A stretch of DNA of 32,000 bases from Candidatus Nanopusillus acidilobi (GTDB lineage: Archaea; Nanobdellota; Nanobdellia; Nanobdellales; Nanobdellaceae): positions 330,001 to 362,000 of the forward strand of contig CP010514.1 in NCBI GenBank assembly GCA_001552015.1, given 5' to 3'. How positions within the stretch are numbered: the first letter of the stretch is position 1; each line of letters opens with the position of its first letter. A program made the translations under genes and the position numbers. Of this stretch, positions 18,547 to 26,342 are shown one piece after another. The notes under the pieces are model-generated. The model was not told the DNA's origin. It saw only the letters and a list, made by a program, of their open reading frames with translations, and did no database searches.

Positions 18547-19104
18547 TTAATATTCTCTATTATTTAATATACTTTTAATTTTTTCTTTAATTTTATTAAA
18601 TATTTCTTCAGAATAAAATTTCTTATATTCTTTTAATAAATTTATTAATTCTTGATCAATATCAATTATTTTATCATCTATTAAATATTGTATAAACTGT
18701 GTTAAATTTGAAGGATTGTTTTTTAATCTTGCCCTTTCCCAATCTATTAAATAAATTTTATCATCTTTAATAATTATATGTTCATAAGGTCTTCTCATTT
18801 CTTCTTTTTCAATTTTTAATTTATCTAATAAAAACAAAATATCTAAAATATTATCTAAATATTTTTTCTTTTCTTCTAAATCTAAATCTTCAAATTTCTT
18901 ACCATCAATATATTCCATTTCTATTTCCAAATTTTTATCATTATGAGAAATAATTCTTGGAACAAAACCATAATTACTTAAAAGATTTAAAAAATATTTT
19001 TCTTTTTCATAGTTTTTATATAATTTACCCTTAAATTTTTTTATTATTGTACCATTTTCTGTTAAAAAAATTTCAGAATGCCAACCTTCATCAATCTTTT
19101 TCAT
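18547..19104 (-). CDS. Predicted Ser/Thr protein kinase, archaeal COG2112-like
   Basis: 185 aa: GWHSEIFLTENGTIIKKF, PRIIS..NLEIEMEYIDGKKFEDL, RRPYEHIIIKDDKIYLIDWERARLKNNPSNLTQFIQYL. Confidence 0.75.
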   Translation of the reverse strand: MKKIDEGWHSEIFLTENGTIIKKFKGKLYKNYEKEKYFLNLLSNYGFVPRIISHNDKNLEIEMEYIDGKKFEDLDLEEKKKYLDNILDILFLLDKLKIEKEEMRRPYEHIIIKDDKIYLIDWERARLKNNPSNLTQFIQYLIDDKIIDIDQELINLLKEYKKFYSEEIFNKIKEKIKSILNNREY

Positions 19105-20471
19105 TCAAATATAAAGTTAAAATCTTCAAATAATCTATATTTCTTATTATTTAATTCTTCTAATGGTTTTTCAAATTCCTCAATCAAATTATATAATTCT
19201 TCTTCTCTTATTTTCTTTTCTTCCATATTTTTACTATTTATATTATAATATCTTATTGAATATATATTATCATTTACCTCTTTTTCTCCAATATATATTA
19301 TAATATATGGTTTATATGTTGATTCTAATATTCTTGTCATATTACTCAATTGTGTTTTTGTAGTTTCAATATTTACAACCCTAATTTCTTTATTTTTCAA
19401 ATTATTATAGATTCTCATTGCATATTCTTTTATTTTATTATCTTTTTCTTTATCTCCAGTAAATATATCTAATATTGCAACCTGAATTGGTGTTAATACA
19501 AATGGTAATTTTCCTTTAAATGATTCTAAATATGCACCAATGAATCTTTCTATAGATCCTAAATATGCTCTATGAATTATATATAAATTATCTATTCCGA
19601 AATAATCTTTTACTAATTCAATAAGTTTAAAGTTCCTTGGCAAATTAAAATCTAATTGCATAGTACCCAATTGCCATTCTTTTTCCCCAATTTTCAATGT
19701 AAAATCATATTTAGGACCATAAAATGCAGCTTCTCCAACCCCTTCATAAATAGAGAAATTATATTTGCTTGATAATTTATTTATTACATTTCTCATTACA
19801 TCTTCGACATATTCCCAATCTTCTTTAGAACCAGAATATTCATTCATTTTATTTGGATCGTGTAAACTTAATCTTACCTTAAATTCTGATGACCTTAAAT
19901 TTATATTAAATACTTTTTCATATAATAAAATCATTTCATCCATTAATTTTTCAATCTCCTTTTCCAATAAATCTGGAGTAATAAATACATGAGAATCATC
20001 TTGTGTAAAAGATCTCACCCTTAATAATCCATAAACACTTCCAGAAGGTTCATATCTATGTACAGTACCCAATTCAAATATTCTAAATGGTAATTTTATT
20101 TTTCTATATTTTTCTAATAAATTAATGAAAATTAATATATGGTGTGGACAATTCATTGGTTTAATTGCAAATTCTTCATTTTCTATATTAAATATATACA
20201 TATTTTGTTTATAATATGAAAGATGACCTGAAATTTGATATAATAATGTATTTGTAATAAGTGGCGTTCTTACCAAGTAGTATCCCCTTTTAACATGAAA
20301 ATCTGTCAATATTTGGGATAATATATAATATGTTAATCCACCTCCTAAGGAAAATAATTGTAAACCCTTTCCCAGTAGATCACCAAAATTCCTATTTAAC
20401 TTTTCTACCCTCCTGTCATGTTTTACTAATATATCCATCTCATCTCCAATATCTATATGATCTTTTTCCAT
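19101..20471 (-). CDS. thrS: Threonyl-tRNA synthetase lacking the N-terminal editing domain
   Basis: 456 aa. Class II motifs: FAIKPMNCPHHILIF, FRIFELGTVHRYEPSGSVYGLLRVRSFTQDDSHVF, IIHRAYLGSIERFIGAYLE, then the anticodon-binding domain. The protein starts about 20-30 aa before the catalytic core. Confidence 0.95.
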   Translation of the reverse strand: MEKDHIDIGDEMDILVKHDRRVEKLNRNFGDLLGKGLQLFSLGGGLTYYILSQILTDFHVKRGYYLVRTPLITNTLLYQISGHLSYYKQNMYIFNIENEEFAIKPMNCPHHILIFINLLEKYRKIKLPFRIFELGTVHRYEPSGSVYGLLRVRSFTQDDSHVFITPDLLEKEIEKLMDEMILLYEKVFNINLRSSEFKVRLSLHDPNKMNEYSGSKEDWEYVEDVMRNVINKLSSKYNFSIYEGVGEAAFYGPKYDFTLKIGEKEWQLGTMQLDFNLPRNFKLIELVKDYFGIDNLYIIHRAYLGSIERFIGAYLESFKGKLPFVLTPIQVAILDIFTGDKEKDNKIKEYAMRIYNNLKNKEIRVVNIETTKTQLSNMTRILESTYKPYIIIYIGEKEVNDNIYSIRYYNINSKNMEEKKIREEELYNLIEEFEKPLEELNNKKYRLFEDFNFIFE

Positions 20472-20494
20472 TAAAGAAAATGTGATTAAAAGTT

Positions 20495-20965
20495 TTATAA
20501 AAATAATTCATTTATTTCATAATAAACTATATCATTTTCTATATCAATTATTGCCAATAAAATTTTATTTAAATTCTTTGAATCCATGAAATTTAAAATA
20601 TCTTTAATGTATAGAAATTCATTTTCATATATTGGATAAACATAATATAATATCTTTTCTTTTTTATAATCTGTATATAAAATAATTGAGTCATTTTCTG
20701 TATCTAGATAATGTCCTTTATTTCTTAAATCTTCAAATACATAAAATTTCTTCATATTTAATATATTTTTATATTTTTTAATAAAATCTAAAAAATTATT
20801 TATTCCTTCTAATTTTATCCATCCTTTTTTTATACAATATAAAGCCTCTTCAGGTTCTAAAATAATGTAATCTTTATCCATCTTTCCAATTCTTCCTATT
20901 TTATCATAAAACTCTTTATTTAAAATAAATTTATTATTAAATTCTCTAACTAAAATTTTTTCCAT
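20495..20965 (-). CDS. tRNA-splicing endonuclease, putative non-catalytic/structural subunit
   Basis: 156 aa: YIILEPEEALYCIKKGWI..FYVFEDLRNKGHYLDTENDSIILY; EndA-like fold signatures without the catalytic RVAHS..RK segment. Confidence 0.72.
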   Translation of the reverse strand: MEKILVREFNNKFILNKEFYDKIGRIGKMDKDYIILEPEEALYCIKKGWIKLEGINNFLDFIKKYKNILNMKKFYVFEDLRNKGHYLDTENDSIILYTDYKKEKILYYVYPIYENEFLYIKDILNFMDSKNLNKILLAIIDIENDIVYYEINELFL

Positions 20966-21378
20966 CTTATTTCTAGAAATCTATAATTATTATTATCCTT
21001 TACACAATATAAAATTCTTTTTCTAGTGCTATGTGCAACTCTATTTTTTGCTAAAAAATCATATATATCTATTTTTTCATTAATATTTATTGGAATAGCA
21101 ACCCATTTTGAATGTTGCTTAATATCTTCATATATTCTAAATATACCACCAAATTTTAATCCTGTACCTAAATAATAACCTCTCTCTCTAAAATATTTAT
21201 ATATATCATAATATAACTTAATTTTTTCATCTTTTAAAAAATAATTTATATCTAATTTATTATTTTTCTCATCATAAACTTCAATTTCATTTTTTTCTAA
21301 TAAATATAAAACTTCATAGAAATATAAAATCTTATCTTCTGATAAAAATACATTATCTTTATATAATACTCTTTTCAT
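20950..21378 (-). CDS. endA: tRNA-splicing endonuclease, catalytic subunit
   Basis: 142 aa: YKYFRERGYYLGTGLKFGGIFRIYEDIKQHSKWVAIP..DFLAKNRVAHSTRKRILYC, with the expected Tyr/His/Lys catalytic context. Confidence 0.9.
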   Translation of the reverse strand: MKRVLYKDNVFLSEDKILYFYEVLYLLEKNEIEVYDEKNNKLDINYFLKDEKIKLYYDIYKYFRERGYYLGTGLKFGGIFRIYEDIKQHSKWVAIPININEKIDIYDFLAKNRVAHSTRKRILYCVKDNNNYRFLEIRWKKF

Positions 21379-21410
21379 CTAAATCTTAAATTATAAAAAA
21401 TACATAAAAA

Positions 21411-21482
21411 TGCCGCCGGTGGGACTTGAACCCACGACCTGTGGATTACAAGTCCACCGCTCTACCACTGAGCTACGGCGGC
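21411..21482 (-). tRNA. tRNA-Thr (anticodon UGU)
   Basis: Reverse complement GCCGCCGTAGCTCAGTGGTAGAGCGGTGGACTTGTAATCCACAGGTCGTGGGTTCAAGTCCCACCGGCGGCA; loop CTTGTAA. Confidence 0.96.
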
Positions 21483-21518
21483 GATAAAATATAATATAAT
21501 CAAAAAAAGTTAAAATCT

Positions 21519-22370
21519 TTAGCTTCCCCCTAGAGAAACCACTGATTGAGATAGAACAGCTGGTATAGCCCCACCATATTGCGATGTATATCCATTTACT
21601 GGTGTTATTTGTATATTATAATTTTCATTTACTGATAATCCACTAGGTAGATAATACATTATCTCATATAATTCTCCAGTTGTTAAATATACATTTTCCT
21701 GACTTATAGATAATCCAATTATTGCATATGGATTTTGAATTCCAGCTTCATTCATTGATTGCAATATTTGGAATACTTGATTTATACTTAATGGATATCC
21801 AATTATTGAAGAATTTAATCCTATTGTACATGAAACTAAAGTTCCATTTACATATGTAAAGTTTGTATATATATACTGATTTGTGAAATTATTTAATGCA
21901 GAACATACCTGTGAATCATTTATTGTTACATTTTGTACATTTACTTGGTTATCAAACATAAATCCTGTTATTATAAAGCTTCCTCCTTGTAATACACCAT
22001 ATATTGCTGTAGGTTCATATTGGGAAGGTGCATATGAATATACATCTCCATTGCTATCTGTAATTAAAGTACTTACATATTCAAAATTAATTGGATTAGA
22101 ACCTGGCATTAATGATACAACAGGTCCTAAGGCGGTTATTTTTTGTAAATAATTATTTAGTTGACCACTTGATGGATCATATTGATATCCAAATACTTGT
22201 GTAATTTGCATACCTGTTGTTATTCTTTGTTCAGCTTGCGCACCTGTTTGTAATGCTTTTGATTGTAAAGAACTTGCTGTATATATTATTACACCAGCTG
22301 CTACTGCTGCCGTTACTATTATTGCTATTAATATAATTAATGTTGACAAACCAAACTGTGCCCTTACCAT
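21519..22370 (-). CDS. Archaellin-like protein (class III signal peptide)
   Basis: N terminus MVRAQFGLSTLIILIAIIVTAAVAAGVIIYTASSLQSKALQTGAQAEQRITTGMQI matches the archaellin/archaeal type IV pilin N-terminal helix. Confidence 0.8.
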   Translation of the reverse strand: MVRAQFGLSTLIILIAIIVTAAVAAGVIIYTASSLQSKALQTGAQAEQRITTGMQITQVFGYQYDPSSGQLNNYLQKITALGPVVSLMPGSNPINFEYVSTLITDSNGDVYSYAPSQYEPTAIYGVLQGGSFIITGFMFDNQVNVQNVTINDSQVCSALNNFTNQYIYTNFTYVNGTLVSCTIGLNSSIIGYPLSINQVFQILQSMNEAGIQNPYAIIGLSISQENVYLTTGELYEIMYYLPSGLSVNENYNIQITPVNGYTSQYGGAIPAVLSQSVVSLGGS

Positions 22371-22392
22371 AATGAATTAAAAGATTTTAAAC

Positions 22393-22400
22393 ATTATAAA
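22393..22400 (-). promoter_or_regulatory. TATA box of the archaellin-like gene
   Basis: Minus strand TTTATAAT at -23 to -30 from ATG 22370. Confidence 0.55.
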
Positions 22401-22418
22401 TTTTTACCTAAAAGGTAG

Positions 22419-23528
22419 TTATTTATTTAATAAAGCAATTGTTTCCATATGATATGTATGGGGAAATTGATCAACCAAAATTATGTTTTCCAATTTATAA
22501 TTTCCTTTATTTATTAGAATATCGATATCCCTCTTTTGTGTTTCTGGATAACAAGAAACATAAATAATTTTCTTTGCATTAGATTGTAATATTTTTCTTA
22601 TTACTTTTTTATGTAATCCAGGTCTTGGTGGATCTACAATTATTTTATCTGCATTTATTTTTTCTAAATCTTCTACATTAGATAATAAAAATTTCACACT
22701 TTTTACATTATTTATTTCTTTATTCAAATTAAACATTTCAAAATTTTCCTTATTATTATCTACAGCATATACATAATTAGAATATTTTCCAATTTCTATT
22801 GCATAAAAACCAGAACCAGAATATAAATCATAAATTATATCATTTTCTTTTGGATCTGTAAATTCTCTTACATATTTTAATAATATCTCTGCAGTATAAC
22901 TATTTGGTTGATAAAAACTATTTGGTGAAATATAATAAAAATTATCTAAAGCTTTTTCTTTAATATATTTTTCTCCAGATAATAAATAATTTATATTTCC
23001 ATATGAAACATCCGAAATTGTATCATTTATTGACCAATAAAATGAATTAATATAATTTTTAATCTCATTATAAAATTCTAAAAATATATTTTTATAATAT
23101 TCTAAATTATCTGTTTTATAAGTTATTATATTTATCATTCTATCATTTGTAAATTTTCCTTCTCTTATTACAATATATCTAATAAAACCTGTATAATTTT
23201 TTGTATCCCATGGTTTTAAATTTTTATTTATTATAAATTCCCTAAACTTATTTCTTATTATATTTGATTCTGGGGATTGTAAAAAACATTCATCGATATT
23301 TACATATGAATACCATTTTCCATATTCCTTTAACCCTACTTCATAATTGGGACCAACAGCATAATCCATTCTATTTCTATAATAAATTATTTTTGGTGAT
23401 TTTATAACTTCATCAGGTTCTCTTTTAAATATATCAATAAATTTCTTTATTTTATATTCTATTTGTTCATTATATGATAAATTTTGAATTTGACAACCAC
23501 CACATTTTGGAAAATGCTTACATAGCAT
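22419..23528 (-). CDS. m5U RNA methyltransferase, TrmA/RumA-like, with N-terminal Fe-S cysteine motif
   Basis: CKHFPKCGGCQIQNLSY, PNSFYQPNS, DLYSGSGFYAIEIG, VDPPRPG, YVSCYPET. Confidence 0.9.
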   Translation of the reverse strand: MLCKHFPKCGGCQIQNLSYNEQIEYKIKKFIDIFKREPDEVIKSPKIIYYRNRMDYAVGPNYEVGLKEYGKWYSYVNIDECFLQSPESNIIRNKFREFIINKNLKPWDTKNYTGFIRYIVIREGKFTNDRMINIITYKTDNLEYYKNIFLEFYNEIKNYINSFYWSINDTISDVSYGNINYLLSGEKYIKEKALDNFYYISPNSFYQPNSYTAEILLKYVREFTDPKENDIIYDLYSGSGFYAIEIGKYSNYVYAVDNNKENFEMFNLNKEINNVKSVKFLLSNVEDLEKINADKIIVDPPRPGLHKKVIRKILQSNAKKIIYVSCYPETQKRDIDILINKGNYKLENIILVDQFPHTYHMETIALLNK

Positions 23529-23566
23529 TAAGAATATTTAAAAATAAAATTTTAAAGATCAAAAAT

Positions 23567-24175
23567 CTATTGATATGCTTGATAGCCTAAAGAACTACAT
23601 GATGAATAACCTGTATTTGGATTTACAGAACATTGCATTATATCATAATATTGAGTTGGTGGGATTACTACTCTAAATCCCATTTGTAAATTACTTACAG
23701 AATAATTTATTGTTGCATTTAAACATGGTCCTCCAATAATTGTTAAATTAACATTTGCTACCGATTGTGCTGGTATTGCTTGTCCATAACTTAATGTTTC
23801 ATTATATGTTGCATCATATACAGATTCTGCTATACCAATATTTGCAGCATCAGCTACACTTTCAAATACTGGAGTTGTACATATTACATCACCATTTGGA
23901 GTTGTAAAGTCAATAAACCATCCATTTAATGGTATATCTGTTGGTCCTAAATTATATAATGTAAATGTAACTGTTGCTACACTTCCATATTCAGAATATT
24001 CAACATCATGAATTGTAAATTGTGGTACTGCAGATTGTTGTTGATTTAATTGCAATTTTGTAATTGAATATCCAGCACTTTTTAAATAAACATCAACAAG
24101 GATATATGTACTTATTGCAGCTAATGCAACCAAAAATATAAACAAAAAAATTGATTGAAAGGCTTGTCCTTTCAT
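23567..24175 (-). CDS. Archaeal pilin/archaellin-like exported protein
   Basis: MKGQAFQSIFLFIFLVALAAISTYILVDVYL after a probable start at 24175. The track start 24184 (MAKMKGQ) would overlap the upstream gene. Confidence 0.65.
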   Translation of the reverse strand: MKGQAFQSIFLFIFLVALAAISTYILVDVYLKSAGYSITKLQLNQQQSAVPQFTIHDVEYSEYGSVATVTFTLYNLGPTDIPLNGWFIDFTTPNGDVICTTPVFESVADAANIGIAESVYDATYNETLSYGQAIPAQSVANVNLTIIGGPCLNATINYSVSNLQMGFRVVIPPTQYYDIMQCSVNPNTGYSSCSSLGYQAYQ

Positions 24176-24176
24176 T

Positions 24177-24770
24177 TTAGCCATATAATATTACTGTTGG
24201 ATATATCATTGCTGCCGGAGTTACACCTGATAGATCATATGGTTGTCCATTTGGTGGTATTACAGAGAATTCCCATGTTTGTGATGTTCCTAATGATACA
24301 TTAGCATATACTAATAGTGCTGCCAAATCATTTGGTCCCAATACTCCATTGTATAATAATCCTGAATTATCTACTGAATCATGTTGATCAATATAATAAT
24401 ATCCTGTATATCCTGTTACTAATGAAGAGTTTGCTACAGCTCCTCCATATGCAAATATTTCTCTACCAGCTGGAGAATAGAATATTACTGCTGTTTGATT
24501 GAATAATATTGGCTGTGATCCTGGTGCTAATCTTGTATATACTAAGAATTCTTGTACTGCTTGTGATGATGTATTAACATTTATACCTTCTACTCTTACA
24601 ATTTCTACAGTTGTACCAGATGTTTGTACTGTTTGTTGTGCTGCAGCTGCTGCATGTCCTTGTGCACTAGTTGTTGCTCCAATAATTACTAATGCTGCTA
24701 TTGCTGCTGTCAATGCTGCTGCTATAAATAATACCATTGCTGAAAAACCAGATCCTCCTTGACCTTTCAT
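24177..24770 (-). CDS. Archaellin-like protein
   Basis: MKGQGGSGFSAMVLFIAAALTAAIAALVIIGATTSAQGHAAAAAQQTVQ; archaellin-type N-terminal helix. Confidence 0.75.
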   Translation of the reverse strand: MKGQGGSGFSAMVLFIAAALTAAIAALVIIGATTSAQGHAAAAAQQTVQTSGTTVEIVRVEGINVNTSSQAVQEFLVYTRLAPGSQPILFNQTAVIFYSPAGREIFAYGGAVANSSLVTGYTGYYYIDQHDSVDNSGLLYNGVLGPNDLAALLVYANVSLGTSQTWEFSVIPPNGQPYDLSGVTPAAMIYPTVILYG

Positions 24771-24791
24771 ACCTTATTAAACACTCTTCCC

Positions 24792-24799
24792 ATTTATAG
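24792..24799 (-). promoter_or_regulatory. TATA box of the 24177-24770 gene
   Basis: Minus strand CTATAAAT, about -22 to -29 from ATG 24770. Confidence 0.45.
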
Positions 24800-24826
24800 G
24801 AATTTGTTAATCAATAATGATAACTT

Positions 24827-24901
24827 TGCCCCCGCCGGGATTTGAACCCGGGTCATAGGGACGAAAACCCTATATCCTAGACCAGACTAGACGACGGGGG
24901 C
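24827..24901 (-). tRNA. tRNA-Glu (anticodon UUC)
   Basis: Reverse complement GCCCCCGTCGTCTAGTCTGGTCTAGGATATAGGGTTTTCGTCCCTATGACCCGGGTTTGAATCCCGGCGGGGGCA; stem TAGGG/CCCTA, loop TTTTCGT. Confidence 0.95.
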
Positions 24902-24966
24902 GTATTTATTTTACTTGTAAATAATATTATAAAAGTTTTATTTAAATTTTATAACAATGTTATGAA

Positions 24967-24976
24967 TTTAAAAATA
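24967..24976 (+). promoter_or_regulatory. TATA box of sufB
   Basis: tttaaaaata at -32 to -23 from ATG 24999. Confidence 0.5.
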
Positions 24977-24998
24977 TAATATATAATTTATAGATAAT

Positions 24999-26342
24999 AT
25001 GCAAGAGATAACTATAAGGGGTCCTTTGAATGAGGAAAAAATCAAAAAAATATCTGAAATATTAAATGAACCAGATTGGATGACAGACATAAGATTAAAA
25101 GGATTAGATTATTTTAATAAATTAGATTTACCAAAATTTGGACCTGAAATAAAAAATATTGATTTTGATAATATGATATATTATAGAAGTATAACTAAAG
25201 AAAATAAACCAAAGAGGTGGGAAGATCTACCAGAAGATATAAGAAATAGAATAGAAAAATTGGGATTAAGAAAAGAATTTGAAAGAGAATTTTTATCTGG
25301 ATTATTATATCAACACGATTCTTCTTCAATATATAAGGAAATAAAGAAATATCTAGATCAAGAAGGTATTATTTTTATGCCCCTATCACAAGCAGTAAGA
25401 GATTATCCAGAAATTGTAAAAGAATATTTTGGAAAAGTTATCTCTTTTGGAGATAATAAATTCGCAGCATTAAATACAGCAGTTTGGAGTGGAGGTGTAT
25501 TTATTTATGTACCAGAAAATATTAAATTAGACTTCCCATTACAAGCATATTTTTGGATAGGAACAGAAAATCTTGGGCAATTTGAAAGAACTTTGATAAT
25601 AGCAGATAAAAATTCTAGAGTAACTTATATAGAAGGATGTACTGCTCCAATATATAATATATCTTCATTACATGCAGCAGTAGTAGAGGTTTTTGCAAAA
25701 GAAAATTCAGAAGTTACTTATGCTACAATACAAAACTGGTCTAGAAATATATATAACTTAGTAACAAAAAGAGCAAAGGTATATAAAAACGCTAAAATTA
25801 AATGGATATCTGCTGAATTTGGAAGTAAAGTAACAATGCTATATCCGGGATTAATTTTAGAAGAAAATTCTATAGGGGAAATTTATACAATATCAATTGC
25901 AAATGAAAATCAAATAATAGATACTGGTGGAAGAATATTGATAAATGGAAAAAATTCCAGAGGATATATTGTAACAAAATCCATATCAATAAATGGAAAG
26001 GCAGTAAATAGAATAGACATAAAAATATTTAGTAATTCTGAAAATTCAAAGATTATATCTAAATGCGACTCTTTAATAGAAGGAAATGGAATAGCAGAAT
26101 CTATACCAAGAATGGAAATTTACAATAATAAAAATTATTATAATCATGAAGCAAAAACTGAAAAAATAGATGATCAAAAAGTACTTTACTTACAAAGTTT
26201 AGGTATAGATAAAAAGAAAGCTAAAAGATTAATATATATGGGATTTGCAGACGATATTCTAAAAAACTTTCCACCCTCTTATCAAATGAGAATTAAAAAA
26301 CTTCTAGAAATAGAGTTAGAAGAAATTGGGGGATTTGGCTAA
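24999..26342 (+). CDS. sufB: Fe-S cluster assembly scaffold SufB
   Basis: 447 aa: KYLDQEGIIFMPLSQAVRDYPEIVKEYFG, AALNTAVWSGGVFIYVPENIKLDFPLQAYF, YIEGCTAPIY, HEAKTEKIDDQKVLYLQSLGI. Confidence 0.92.
   Translation: MQEITIRGPLNEEKIKKISEILNEPDWMTDIRLKGLDYFNKLDLPKFGPEIKNIDFDNMIYYRSITKENKPKRWEDLPEDIRNRIEKLGLRKEFEREFLSGLLYQHDSSSIYKEIKKYLDQEGIIFMPLSQAVRDYPEIVKEYFGKVISFGDNKFAALNTAVWSGGVFIYVPENIKLDFPLQAYFWIGTENLGQFERTLIIADKNSRVTYIEGCTAPIYNISSLHAAVVEVFAKENSEVTYATIQNWSRNIYNLVTKRAKVYKNAKIKWISAEFGSKVTMLYPGLILEENSIGEIYTISIANENQIIDTGGRILINGKNSRGYIVTKSISINGKAVNRIDIKIFSNSENSKIISKCDSLIEGNGIAESIPRMEIYNNKNYYNHEAKTEKIDDQKVLYLQSLGIDKKKAKRLIYMGFADDILKNFPPSYQMRIKKLLEIELEEIGGFG

Noticed and set aside
24317-24762. Plus-strand ORFs of 61 and 87 aa opposite the archaellin-like gene
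   Set aside because: The Cys/Ala-rich antisense product is the mirror of the Ala/Gln-rich archaellin N terminus.
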